A stretch of DNA of 61,532 nucleotides, the filler included, from Sphacelaria rigidula (Eukaryota): NCBI GenBank assembly GCA_964200075.2. It is 8 parts of 8 records of this genome, joined end to end, with 100 filler letters (N's around TTAATTAATTAA, not from the genome) between each part and the next. Parts side by side here need not be neighbours in the genome. Positions count along the whole stretch, not along the records: positions 38,521 to 46,124 come from CAXNAA020014132.1; positions 46,225 to 53,828 come from CAXNAA020014133.1; 6 more parts are not named here. One strand, 5' to 3'. Both the position numbers and the translations under genes were made by a program. A model generated the notes under the pieces. It had not been told where the DNA came from. It saw nothing but the letters and a program-made list of their open reading frames with translations, and made no database searches. Numbering within the stretch: position 1 is the stretch's first letter; each line of letters starts with the position of its first letter. Positions 39,607-53,430 of this stretch are shown piece after piece.

Positions 39607-40869
39607 AATCAGTCGCCATCTTCACCTATGGTGCATCGTACTTGAATGGGTGGGGTGTCCTAGAAAATGCATGTTGTGCACTATATTACCCTGAATGTGC
39701 GTGAGACACGTTCATGACGAAGTTAGTATTCTCGAAGCTACCGAAAATAGGGGGGGGGGGGGGGGTACACAAGTAGACGACACAAGGAGTGTTGCGGGAA
39801 CAGAGCGCCATGGCAGTATGTGAACCCGTCCTTCGTGAGGAACAGGAAAGATATGGTGCGCTAGTGGAACAGTGCGTCGTTGTGGTGTTCGGACTTGACC
39901 CTTCGAGTGCGAAGGTGTTGTTGGTTGTTTCCATGTGTACCTATTGCAGACTCTGAGTTCGATCAAATTATCAATCGATGCTCTTACAGGATACGCTGTA
40001 TCTAGATATATCTACTAGCGCCTTGACTTTCGTGTGTTCACCCCCGATCTTTGCGGTCGTGCGATCATTAGAGGGGGAGGGGAGGGAAGCACCAACATCG
40101 TTTTTTTAACGCACCAAATCTCCCGTGCTGTTGGTAGAAGCCTTGCGTTGGAGCGCATGGTCTGCCAAGAAGATACACGGATTAGATAGATGAGGCTAGA
40201 TGTCCGCAAAAACGAGTTGAATGAGAGAAAGCGCGCGACGGAGATAGATGGGGATGTGGAGCTCAGGTACTACTGTTACTAGCAAGAGTGAGGCGCCCAA
40301 CGTGTGGGTGAAATGCTTGCGTGTTGACCGAGGTGTAATGTTAGATTGGATGCATCGCAAGGCGACATCGTCTTGGAGACCTGGAGGACTTGCGGTGAAC
40401 AAAACAGCTGAATACCCGACTGGACAATTTGAACGCGAAATGGATAGATGTGCAATTTACTTGTGTGCGGATGTGTGCGTGCGTGTGTGTTCCCCGTCTT
40501 TCGCGCCACCTCCTCCGCACCTGTTTCATCGCCCGTTGGAACCCAAAGCATTGCCACGCCAACTTTGCAGTAGAGACAACGAATTCATTCACCGTTCGTG
40601 GATCTTCCGGTACGCGTACCAGCATGCACATTCATGTTTCCCTACAGCCTAACCCTGTTCACTACATCACACTCGCTCATCTCCTCCCCCTCCCGTTGCC
40701 AGTCATTCAGCGGTACACCACTCTTACAATTCGCGCTGCGTGTTTGAAAACCAAAAATATATGTATGATAAGATCGGTTCCTGCTCAAAGCCAAAGCAGA
40801 TAAAAATAAGCAGCGACAAGGCCTATCCAGACGAAAATAAGCAGGGGAACAAACCAACCCATGCTTCGA

Positions 40870-40902
<33 letters not shown>

Positions 40903-41758
40903 GGAATCATTGCAAAAACGACAGCATAAACAAGTAACATACAGATGTTATACGCACGGCCGTGGTTCATTTCAACCGTATTTTACGGTGAACATTCCCT
41001 CCTCGAGAGATCAAAATGACAAAACTCGGTTGTGAAACAAACGTGCGGCAACTGGGACGCCCAAAATTTCGCCGTCCGCAAACTTCCGTCGAACAAGGAT
41101 GACACAAATGGGCGCCTCCGGCAGTGCACAGTCGTAATATTTATTTCGATCGAGAATCGAGGTTGAACGACACACCGAGGGCGGGGGAGGAATGGTGTAC
41201 GCTGCACACCATGGAATGCTGAGCTGCTGCTGGACAAATAGCGTAGGCACTACGTCACTCAACTGTTCACACGCAGCTTCTGCCTAGACTTTCCATCTAC
41301 GCGAGCAAGCAACAACAAAAAATACGTCGACACGACACAACCCTCTGCATACGATGCCGCACAGGATCAACCAGCATCCGGTCACCCCAAAAAATCCCAA
41401 GACGCCCTGGTGCCTACCCACATGGTCTTCACCATCACCAACCACGGTACCCAGTACCACCTGTCTGTCTTCCACCACCGGAGCCACAAGTGCTCATGTC
41501 AGGCCACCTCGTCGACGAAAGGGGGAGCTGCGCAAACCCAAAAGGCTCGACCAAAGACATACAGAAACAACCACCACCTTCGATTTCAAGACGGTACAAG
41601 AAGTACATTGTCTGCACCTTCAAAGCAAAAGCAAAGACAAAAGGAAACGACTGTCGTCGCCACCGGAGCAGAACGCCGTGTGCGTAACCATTCACAAAAC
41701 AAGAGGCACGACGACAAACACTGAAATGAGCCCTCGAATTCACAGTTCTGTTCTCCCC

Positions 41759-41792
<34 letters not shown>

Positions 41793-41844
41793 TTCTCTCT
41801 CGACAAAAACGGATACATTTTTCTATCACAGCATAAATATCGGG

Positions 41845-43744
41845 TTACCGAAACGATAGCATAGCTTCTGCGGCCATATTACGCCGACGAGCTTGGTCAT
41901 CATTCGCATCGTCCGCACTCGCAGATACACCCCAACCCCGGCCCTCGCCGCCGCCTCGACTGTTAGAACCACCAGGTGGGGCTATGACATCCCTCGCACC
42001 ATTACCACCCGTTGCACTCACACTTGCATCCTCCCCTGCAAGATCAACAACGGCCGCGTTACGAACACGAACACGACCATGCGGTGGTGGTTCCGTCCCG
42101 CGCCTCTGAGAGGACAGGTCCCGTGCCGTTGCCGCGGCAGCGGCCGCCTGCCCTGTCGTCACCACCACGGCCACCGCCACCGCTGATTGGTCCTTCTTAG
42201 CATTGCGAAAACGTCCGCTGCCGCGACCACCGTTACTCCTGTCATTCTTACTTCCAGATGCCTCGGAAGTCGTCGTAGTCGCTGCTCGGACAATGGCCCT
42301 TGTCGCGGCCGCGCCGCCATCTTCTTCGTCCTCATCGCTGTCAAAACCGTCGCCATGTGGCGCCATCGCCTGTCCGAATTCCTGCTGTCTCCTGCGCTCT
42401 CCCTGATCGTCATCGCCGCCAACAACATTCATACTGCCGGCGGTGTCATTTGCATCCATCGGAGGCATCGCCGGGACCGGTATCGGTGCTTCCACGATCC
42501 CGCCAGCACGAGAAATACTGGTGGTGTTAGTGTTGTCCGAGGCCAGCAGTGGAGGCGCAAGCGGCCGGCTACTCGCGCCCGTCATCTCGGCACCATGAGT
42601 CATCGCAGTAGCGGTTAGGTCGCTGGCTCGCTTCAACGGCATGGGCAGCGGCGAGACTCTACTGGTTGACTCGCTCTCCGGAGAAGACGCTTCTCCCCCC
42701 CCTTCCGATCGTCCTCGCCCCTGTTCCTGATCATATGTTCGTGGCACCTGCGGAGGCGGTGTCATCACCCTCTCGGAATCATCGCCATGCTCACGATTGA
42801 TCTCGTGCATTGCCGAACCACCCTCTACCCGACGCTCCGTTGCTGCTGTTTTTGTAGCATCCATTGACGGCGTGCGACTGCTTGGGGTGCGAGCTTCGCC
42901 AGTTGGTGCTGTTGTCCTTACCGCATCTGCTGGCACAACTCGTACAGACGGTGGTATGCTAGCAACACCCTCTTCTACTCGAGTCTGCACCTGAGTTGTC
43001 GCCAGCGGCTCCGACGTATCCACACTGCCCTTGCCCCCCATCTCGTCACCACCTCTCCCACCTACCGTCTCCGATGGTTGGCTGGCGTCCTCTTCCGCCG
43101 CTTGCCGGGTCACAGCTTCCGACACTTCCCCTTCGGTTTTCTGCAGTGGCGGGGTGGTATCTTCATCGACCGCCGTTCGCTTCGTTACAGTGGCCACCGC
43201 CTTCACGTCACTATTTCGCTCATCGCTGCCGCCGCCTCCGCCGCGGTGTACTTCGGTTTGGAAGTCGGCTACACCTGCCACACTCGGTGCTCCTGCTGTT
43301 GATACCGCTGACGCCTCCACAGGCACTGCCGTCGCAGGCAGAGTCGTTGTGTGCGGTAGGCCTGCAGCGCGCCCAGGAGAAAACGGAAAGGCAGATGTGC
43401 TCCCTTCCCGCCCAGCGTGACTATCCCCCCCTATTCCGACACCATCAATCACCTTACTATTTGCAGCAGCGACTGTCGGCATCGTCGGTGCAGCCGAACC
43501 AGGCGTTGTTGACGTTGAGGCTACCGCCAAGTTGATCGCACCATTTCTCACAGCCGATGCCGTCGTCGCCTCTGACGGATGCTGTATTTCAGCGGCTTTC
43601 AGTGCAGAGAGACCTTGCCCGGATGCTTCTAAAGGCACATGTCCTGACTGCACAACCCCGCCAGGAGCACTCACCGACGAGCGGACCACAACACCTTGCC
43701 CCCCGGCTGGGGCAACTTCCGGTAATGAAATCATCGTCGGAAGC

Positions 43745-43779
<35 letters not shown>

Positions 43780-44727
43780 TGTAGGTGGCGGTGGCGGTGG
43801 TGACTGCTGCTGCCGCTGATTTGCTGATGACGCTGACATCATCAACGTTTGCGCTACAGACGGCGTTGATACCGACACCGGTTGCATCATCTGCGGTGAC
43901 TCTAGCCTACCCGGCACCTGCACCAAGGTAGACCCCGCGGTTGTAGGCATCGCGGCGCCCATCATGCCCACCATGGCCGACGTCTGCTCAACCGTCGCAT
44001 ACAAGGCCGCCGGGTGCTGTTGTGAGTTCGGGTGCCGGACCAGGTGCATGTACGGGCCCGCGGTGGGTGGAGGCGCCGCAATGAACCCCGCCGACACTGG
44101 CATCAAGCTTGCTCGCTCTTCATATCCCCGATGCTCACTATTAACCCCGCCACCCCCAAACGCCCGTACCTCTTGGTCCATCGGGTCGCCTCTAGCTAAC
44201 CCTGCTGAAGAAGATAGCCCTACTGCCGGCATTGAAATCCCAGCCAGCATTCCGTTGCCACCATGACAGCCCGTCTGGTGATGATGCTGATGCTGATGGT
44301 GCGGGTGATGGGGATGGTGATAAACACCGCCGCCGGCATGACTAACACTATCGGGCGTTGGCATCGATGGACCAACCGGAATGGGTTGTTGTTGCTGTTT
44401 CTGCTGCTGCTGCTGCTGCTGTTTTTGTTGTTGTTGTTGCTGCTGCTGTTCTTGCCCGCCTCCGCCGATACTGGAACTTGATGCGTTTCTGGGCGACACC
44501 GGCGGTGTGGACGACGGGTGGTGAGAGGTCATGTGTGGGTGCCCGAGAATTCCGTTGGAAGATAAATGTAACGGCAGGGAGGGCAGCTGGTGGGGCGCCG
44601 CCAGAGGAATGCTTCCGTTGCTCGACACCTCCTGCAGACTTCGGATTTTCCGTTCCAATCGTTGTTTCTGGTCTTCCAAAATCTTACGCATCTCGATAAG
44701 GTGTTCGGCAATTCCCTCGCCAGCAAC
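41845..44727 (-). CDS. Very large (~2.9 kb) exon: leucine zipper followed by a disordered Q/H/P/A/T-rich region; probable transcriptional regulator; 5' partial
   Basis: Acceptor gagcag|GTT at 44727 is in frame with the 948-aa ORF. Leucine heptad L-IEMRKI-L-EDQKQR-L-ERKIRS-L. PolyQ and His tracts. Ends MAAEAMLSFR at a stop or a CG|gtaacc donor. Confidence 0.8.
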
Positions 44728-46430
44728 CTGCTCGTTGAAGACGGAGCATATGCAGGGGATCTGGGATTTGTAAAATCGAAGGACTCACAGCTGTGTAAAT
44801 TGTCACTTGACAACTGAATCCAAGACAATATATCCCAATGCCTCCACCATTCATCGTCAGGGTTGTGTATCAGTAGGATTCAGCAACATTATCGCGATAG
44901 ATCTCATAAATGCGGTGGTTGCGCCTTCAGGCACTAGGCAAGGACTCTAGCCCGGCCCCATCCGGATGGTGAGGGCGCCTCGCTAGGAGCTCCGTGGGAG
45001 GCATGGAAAAATCGCGATTCGGCTGCATTTTCCTTCAAAATCAGGCGTAGAGAGCTTGAGAAACAGTCGTGTAGCAATCACGCTAAACATGCATAGCAAT
45101 GACAAAAACAACACAATGATAATTCATCGATGAAAAGGCCTTGATCAGCACATGAGAATTGAGACACAGCGACAAAACACACGATCGAAGCGATTTTTAA
45201 GCAAAGATTCCGCGTTCGGCCGGACCAATGAATCGATGCGCGATGCGGGGTAATTATTTGGTTTCGTTTACTACAGTACAACACTTCACGGTTAGGACAA
45301 ATCAACTCGTGAGTCAACTCAAAGTCATCATCTCAATGAATAAATCATGCGGTTCGTACATCAGTTGTGATTCACGCAGTCAACCCTTCTTCATGACTCA
45401 AGGCGTGATGTAATTCACGCAGTCAACTCTTCTTCGTGACTCAAGGACCAACACTCGGCCAAGAGTTGAATTTTGCCATTTCATGTTCATGGGGGCTGTA
45501 TCACGCGTATTTTTTTTCCATGGGTTATGCGCTGCATATGGGTAATCCACCCTCGACTCAGCGGACCAATGGTTTATATAGCATGACTGCTTGCGTATCA
45601 TGGCGAGTCAACGCGACACTAGACCCGGCAGGTACAAGGAGGCGCGGCAGTTCGCCGCGGCTGATTAGTACCCTACACGAGCGGTACCTCTGGGTAATGG
45701 TGGAAAGATGCGTTCTTCCAATCAAGAAACATCGACGGCGTGGTCGTATGCTGTTGTGTTGGGACCTCACAGGAAGGCAACACGCAATATTGTACTGAAA
45801 GCAGCTGTACGAATTGCTACGCCGTGCCGGTACACGAAGCACTATTCACTTCTCTGTGTTTCAGACTAACCCACAGCGAAGGGGATGTGGCCGGTACCAT
45901 AGAACGGGGAAAGAAACATGGAGGATATTGTAGATTGCACATCGTGAACAAAGTTGCGCAGTGGTGTACGGTGGTTCACCGCAGTTGGCAATTGCTGTGT
46001 AAAAACGGACCTTGACAGAACCCACTCGGGGTTTCCTTGTCCGGGCCCAACAAAGCATAGCACAGCAACACGGATACACTACGCTGGGCTAGGCTAGGCT
46101 ACGCTACACTAGACTAGACTACAANNNNNNNNNNNNNNNNNNNNNNNNNNNNNNNNNNNNNNNNNNNNTTAATTAATTAANNNNNNNNNNNNNNNNNNNN
46201 NNNNNNNNNNNNNNNNNNNNNNNNGGGGAGGCGGTGGGCGCTGGGGGGCCGCGTACTCATTTGTTGCTTGCCTTAGTCATTTGACCACTGACCACGCATC
46301 CCTTTCGAGACGGAGCATCGCGGGGGGGAGGGGAGGGTGTGTGCTCATGATGCCGCATGCCCTAGTCATAGACTATTGACACCGCGGGATGGAAAACCAA
46401 AATCCATGTTGAAAAAAAAAGAGTGCTTGC

Positions 46431-49400
46431 CTGCTACTGCGTCGACCCCCCCCTGGGGAACGGTCGCGCCGGTCTGGAGATCGGTCCCGGTCTCTACGGC
46501 CCCTCTTGCGCTCTCTTGATCGCGATCGCGATCGCGACCGCGATCTCGATCTCGATCGCGACCTGCGGGTGAGACGACAACAAAATCGAAAACCGAGAAT
46601 GGGGAAGTTCCTACTTCTTAGTGTTTTCTGTTTCTTGAGCGACAAGGCTGGGGGCGAAGGGGGCTGGATTTCAATCGAAAGCTACGGAGCGGTGTCGGAA
46701 AATCATGAGTCGATCGAACGAACACTTTACGAGTCCAGTTGTGGTCAAAATCCGTAACAAGAGTACCCAAGGAACACAAACGAAAACGCCCACTCAACAA
46801 AAGTCGAACACAACTTTATGCGTCGACAACCTCTCGGTCCAATAGAAACCATGAGCGCCAGTCATTCACTCTGGAGATTCTACTCACGAGATGGCGCCGG
46901 CGGGAGAAGGGGGCGTGATTGGCATGCGGATGTTACCGTCACATACAGCGGCAGCTCCCCTCCCCCCAAGTTCGATTCTTCACTTGTTACCTGCCCTTGC
47001 GGCGATCCCCTTCTCTGTCCCTGTCTCTGTCTCTGTCCTTAATCTCGCCGTCTTTGTCTTCATCCTTGTCCCTGTCCCTGTCTTCCGCCTCGTCTTTTTC
47101 ATCACGGCTTTTCATCGCCGCTAGAGCCACCATTTCTCGCGCTTCTCGATCCTGAAATACACACGCACACACACGATTGTGGCACATGGATCGTACCCCA
47201 TGTTTTCTCTAAAGTTCAAGATCCAAACAATCTGCGTGGTCAAAGATTCCAAAACGCAAACCCAGGTTGAAGATAAAGGTACAGGTTAACTCTGACATCC
47301 TGGCTAGAGTATGGTCACATCCTACGCCAAAGTAGGCTCAGTACTCGATAAAAACACCGGCACGGACTGTACTATAATTTAGTTGAGCACAAATCTCTCC
47401 ATATACATGTGTGTGTCGACACTTACCCTTTTAATTTGCTCCTGCCTCTTGTTTTCTTCCTCCTTCATCCTCTCTCTCCGAGCTGCTTCCTTGATTTTGC
47501 GCTGCAGCTCCTGCCGCCGCTCTTCCTCCAGCTTCTTGTCCCTCTCCGCCTGAATAAAAAGTGACGAATATCAAAGGGGACGAGGAAAGACAGCGACAGC
47601 AACATACGCTGATTACCAACACCCACGAAAGAGAAGAAATATAACAAGATACAGCCACTGAAGCATAAATAGTACCTTGTCACCACGACATACATAGGTG
47701 CGCAGATGAACACGACAGAGGTACAGTACACGGATGGGGTATCTATATATAAAAGAGAGAGAGAGGTCAGACACACGCGCATGGGTGGACTGTGTGTTCC
47801 TGCAGGTCAGAAAAACGAGAGAAGCAAGGGGGGAAAGCTAGCACGCTCCGGACGAATCACTGCCGGTTCCAATAACCAAATCCACGATTTCTTAGGCCCG
47901 ATTGCTCGGAAGAGAGAAAAAAAGTCGATCGCTGGTCAGTCAGGTTTCCACGCAATTTTTGCGCCATTCCACGTGCCTGGGCTGCGCGTACCTGGTTTGC
48001 AACGCTGAAAAGAAAGCCTAAGGATCGATTCGTACGGTACGAATCAATTACACTAGAATCAAGTAATGTCCAGACGAATCATCAATTCGTCCGACCCTTG
48101 AAAGCCAGGGTAGTCACCACCGTGCTCATCACGATCATCATGAGTACTACTCACGCTCGTCAGCGTGGTGCAACACTACACCTGCATCGCACGGAGACAG
48201 ACAGGACCCTATGTAGGTTCGGAAAAGAGAACGTTTTCGCATGAGAAGAATAACCCTCTTGCGATAAAATGTCTTGCAACGAACACATCACGCGGCACGT
48301 GATTACCCTGCTTCTTTCTCGCCGCTGTTCATCGCGTTTGCTAGTATCAACAACTGTACAAAAAATTGAGCTCAGGAATGGTACCAGTTATGACTGGTCA
48401 TGATCATTATAATGATGATAATGGTGACGGCTACATGAAAAATTTGGATACAGTGGGGGGCTCTCAGTAGTGCCGGTATCTGCCCACCACGGACACCGAC
48501 ACTACTCTGAAAAGTGCCAACACAGGTACAATTGAGGGCTCTGAATACCTCAGTAGTGCCGGTTCTGGCACTACTGACGACCGTCCGTTTGTACAGTGCT
48601 ACGCTTGCCCTTCGTGGGACCAACGGAAGCACAAAACGGACGAGAACCTTTGTTTCAAGGGGTTTCGATAGGATACGTCATGTAAGGTTTCGGGGTAGCA
48701 GAACTAAACCCGATTTTTTTTGTTCTTCACATTCAACTTGACTGCTCCTGTTCACAGGTTTTCTTCTCTCTCCTCTCTTCTTGCTTCTTCTCCCACCATT
48801 TCATTGTTTTTTTTATTTTATTTTACTCTATTTCATTTGCTTTGTACTTTCCTCTTGTTTCCCTTCTTGCTTTGGGTCGGCCATTTCTTTGTGTGCTATG
48901 CATGTACCGACTTTTCATTAATTTTTTCGTCACGACTTAGTCTGATATGTCGTTTTGTTCGACCACTCTCTTTTTTTTTCTTCTTTTTCCCTTAGAGCGT
49001 GTTTGAGTTTCGTTTTTGTTGGGTACATCCATCATGAGACCACGGGTCAGTTAAAGTGCGACAACAATTTAAAGAAAACGATTACAGGTTGATCATTTCC
49101 TTCCCTACTAGCACAACAGCAGCAGTACGGTCACAAGAGTTACTCATGCCGAAAGACCTTCCCGACAAGAAAAACAAGGACACATCTGCACCCAACGCAA
49201 CGACGAAGGTGCGGCATCTGGTGTGGAAAAAAACTCAGGAAAGAGTACACCGCCCACCAAAAGGAGGGAACGAGAAAGAATGAACCACACCCCTCTTCAC
49301 TTCCTACCGGCTACCGAGACAAGGAGAGAGAGAAACAAACGACCTCGAAAAAATACACACCGATGCAGCAAACTAGACACGACTCCTCCCGTGGCTGTGC

Positions 49401-52400
49401 TCGGGCGTAGATGCTGCGGGCTACCCGATAAAAAACATCAGTAAAGCAACGACCAAAGAAACCACTCATGACTTGCATTAGCCCCCGCATCTCCCTCCTC
49501 ATTCCGTCGGCAAAAACTCTTGTAAGTTTGCTTGGCGCGATAGGGTTAGGGTTAGGTACCCTGCTGTATTCCTACTGGTGCTTGGTTGGTGGGGGATAAG
49601 GCGTGCGTGAGTGTCCCCGGAACAAGCACTGTTGAGGGTACAAAACCGTTCAAACCGGCACTACTGAGGGTCATCTGTCAGTAGTGCCGGTCGGCAGTAC
49701 TGCGGGCTCTGGCTGTGCCCGGAGATTTTACCGGCGTTACATAGGTCGTTGGCACTATTCAACCGGCACTACTGAGAGCCCCCACTGTCACGGTTTCGAA
49801 CCATTTCTACCGTTACCGGGTTCGTATGCTACATACAGCCCTTGAAAATTGTCCCGTTTTTTTTAGCTGTCGTGAAGCCAAATCGCGTAAAAATGTGCCT
49901 CCGGCACAGCCCCTCCTCTGCCGGGGGGGGGGAGGGGTGGGTGGCTCGCGGCTGCGCTGCTCCATCACCAAACCATTATGTGCCATTTTACTGGTTGATG
50001 GTTGCGCTACGCGTAACCACTCAACTGGTTCACGGTTAGACCAACCATTTCGGAGCTCTAGCAAAAACACTGCTGATCAGTGTCAAACATGATCCTCACA
50101 AACGTGAACGCTTGACAACGGCTTTCAACTTTACAAAAACACAAGCCTTGGGATTCGCGATTCTGGCAGGCGTTTTTTTGACAAAAATACTCAGAAAGTG
50201 CACAAGACGGTAGGTCAATACCTACAAATAAAATACCCTGTCTCGAGTGTAAAATGAATAATATCAACTGCCCGGCCCAGACCCACTGTACTGCTGCACC
50301 TAGTGTGCACCGAATCGATCACTCTGTACAGTCTTTCATGAGCAGCATTATTCGAGTAGGATAAAAAAGAAACCATCCACTCGGGTATGCTTCGGCGTCA
50401 ATCCTGCTTTGGAACAACTCTCAGCCTCGACGAGACATTACTTTTGCTTAGCGATCCCGCAAAATCCCTAAATCGCCGGTCCCCATACATTACACAATCG
50501 TGATTTTTTTCTTTTACCCCACAGACCTCTCTTGAAATTCCGTATTTCAGAAGTTGCGTGGCCTTTAGTGAAATTTGCATGAGTTTCACGACAGTAAGTG
50601 AGTACATCATTTTTTCTTCTTTTCCTTTCTCAAGTCTACTCCGCTGGTCTGTTTTTTTTCCCTTATTTTCTTTTCACTTTTATTCAGCGAGTGTTTCAGA
50701 TCTGTTGTCGTCGCGAGTACGTTCATCACGTGACCATCACGTGGATAATGACCACCTGGGGCATCACCGAAAGTGCGACAATCAATCGAACATCGAAACA
50801 ATTTTGTACTTCTCCCTACTCTCACTTTGTTACTGCACCCACTACTTCTGCAATACACACGCACGCACACACACGCGAACACACAATGCTTTGATTACTA
50901 GGGTTGTGAATCAGAGCCGATTCACCTGATTCAGTCGTACCGATTGAATCTATATCGGATTCGGAAAATGGGGACCATGTTTCTTCCGATGTACAGCCGA
51001 TACACGTCAACTAGGGTTCAAGAGGCTGTTACTGAAGCACAGCAGCCTTTTACGCACACGGAAGGGAGCCTCTTTCGTACAGGAGGCCGTATGCACACAG
51101 TTTTCAGAGGTGGGAAGACACACAGAGCCACACATGACTCTGGGGACGAACACAGAACACACATGACCATGAGGACGAGAAACACAATATTCGCACAGGG
51201 AGAGGGGGGGGTTAATTTTAATTTATGTGTGACCCTTGAGCACCGCAGTCGGTGCGCACACCACGCCGCATGCCTACTGCTTGATTATGAGCCAAGAAGC
51301 GTCCACGGGCCAACAGCAAGAAGCGTACGATAGGCTTTGATTTGGGCAATGAATAATTGGTGTAAGGCGCGAAGCGAAGACGTGGACGTAACATTAGTAA
51401 CAGTAGCATCCTGCTATTTCAAGTCTATCTGTTACCGGTCTGCTTTATTTTTTGGGCACACGCGCGGAATGTGGTGCCGCCGTTGCACGTTGTTGTTTCG
51501 TTTTGTTGCCTGCTAGCCGCTCAGCTCTACTACTTTTCGTAGCGAGCTCTCCGGCTGTTCCTAGGTGCACAGGTAGCAGCACGTGCCTACACTTCTCCTT
51601 CACGTGTTATTAATTTCTTTTTTTCCCCCATGTTCTCTGCATGTAGTGAAGTTCATTCCGGTTCCAGCAACCCTCGAATTCGCACGGATTTCGAAGGCAA
51701 ATGAAGCCAAATGGCCCAAATTTTTTGCCCCCGGCGGCGCCTCGAGCGAGGCCTCGCCGAGGGAGGCTCGCACAGCCTGTGCTCGCCGGGCTCGATATCG
51801 GCTGCGCCGATATTCGATGCTTAGCAGATCGGAAGACGTAGCCGATTTACGACCCGAGTGGTAACTGTATCATCTTCGCAAAACATTTCAATATTACTTG
51901 ACGTCCGAGCATCTCACATCTCCACGGATACAACGTGAAACGCTTTTGAGGTGTCGCGTCTGGCCTGTTCATCACTCACCATACTCTCCCATTCTTGACG
52001 GAGTAATACAGAGTGAGTGTCACAAGTGAGTGAGGGAGTAGCGAGAGCATACACAGTAAGGTGTAGATCCACGCTAGGTCGAGAACTACAAATCCCGTTC
52101 TTCACTTGTGAGGGAACTCACCAATAGCGACACTTTGCGCATTTTTTGGGATGAGGGAAACCTTTCTCCTCTCCGGAAGAGGGCGGGGATAAGATATCTG
52201 GCAGATTTTTGTGTCATGTATGGAATGAATGTGATGGACACCAAAATGTTAACTGTATCTCTATTAGGCGTGGGAACGGTGCTCCGTCTTGAAAAGAATA
52301 TATATATATATATATACTTCGTAGGATTCAGAACCACTACACTGGAGATACATACCGCCAAGAAACATGTCACGGTTCAAAGCATCAAGTACATCTCCGA

Positions 52401-52845
52401 CTCATCAGCATGTCATACTCCATACTGCCTTCTCAAGCCTACCCCCCCCACCCCTTCCCACCAGGAACCAACATGCCAAGCCCACCTGTTTCTGCCTAAA
52501 CTTTTCAATTTCGCTGGTGATGAGCTCCTCCTTTTCTTCGTCCTCATCATCGCTCCATCCGGCGCTGCTGAGCAGCATAGCCGCACCATCATATCGAACC
52601 CAATCCTTTTTAGCCTTGGCCCCGCCCCCCGCCCCCCCTCTGACATCTGAGTCATCCCCATCAGCACCATCAGCTTTCGGAGAGTTATCCCCAACAGAAG
52701 CAGGCGACGAGTTGTCGCTATGGTAATTGGCGTCGCCATCCCTGTCGTTGGACGACCTCCTTCTCTTCTTTTTGGCTTTCTTGGCCTCTGCTTTATCCCC
52801 GTCTGGATCCTTCCGTTCACCGCTCCTAATCAGCAACTTATCCAC
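46431..52845 (-). CDS. RBM25: RBM25-like splicing factor, internal exons 52486-52845, 47427-47549, 46991-47151, 46431-46562; partial at both ends
   Basis: Exons join in phases 0, 0 and 2. EEKEELITSEIEKFRQKQ|AERDKKLEEERRQ resembles the RBM25 'LISREISKFR..KKLEEE' segment and is followed by RE/RD and RS dipeptide regions. The RRM and PWI domains are not in this contig. Confidence 0.6.
48451..49787. mobile_element. Non-autonomous TIR element (CAGTGG termini, Tc1/mariner-like) containing a nested LINE-type 3' fragment
   Basis: TA|CAGTGGGGGGCTCTCAGTAGTGCCGGT ... ACCGGCACTACTGAGAGCCCCCACTG. Subterminal cagtagtgccgg repeats occur in both orientations. A T-rich insert lies at ~48630-49075. Confidence 0.8.
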
Positions 52846-53089
52846 CTTTTGTATTTTTCCCCCCCATGTTTTGATATTATTTTTCCGAGGGGAAGCACGA
52901 GCCGTCACGGTGTGCGTACGAGAGAAATTGGACGGGGGCGAGGGGCTCAAATCAATTGATTGATTCATCCATTTGCTGATCCATTATATGACACCAGCTT
53001 ATCCCGGGTGAACCTATTATATCTACCCCCCACCCATGGTCACGAGGTGAGATAAACGACAGCACGACGAGCACGAGAACAAGAGGGGA

Positions 53090-53430
53090 TGAGTGGGAGG
53101 GGGGGCGTACTCGTATGTTGCTTGCCTCAGTCATCTGACCCTTGACCACGGATACCTTTCGAGGCGGAGCACTAGGCTCGAGGTAATGAAGGACGAAACT
53201 AGCCAGTGTTCCAGCAGTGTTCAGCATCATCATATATATTTTTACAAAAAACGATATATTTTTTTTCAAATCCACCGGCTAGTCAAAATGCTCGCCAAAC
53301 AGAGTGAAATATCGAAGCGCGAGGAAAAACGGTCAACCGATATCTTACATGCCGTAGTCGCAAGACCATTGGGATGGGGGGGGGGGACCCATGGTTTTGC
53401 ATGCCGTAGTCATGAGAGAGTATTGACCTC
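53090..53430 (+). repeat. G-run-associated dispersed repeat (gggggcgtactcatttgttgcttgccttagtc...tgacc); also at 46240-46385, 53735-53828 and 61437-61490 (minus)
   Basis: The motif recurs on two contigs and often coincides with contig ends. Confidence 0.65.

Noticed and set aside
41893..44699. Many plus-strand ORFs overlapping the 948-aa ORF
   Set aside because: Antisense shadows of a GC-rich coding exon.
49541..49556. Telomeric TTAGGG repeats
   Set aside because: Only ~2.5 units, internal to a transposon; not a chromosome end.
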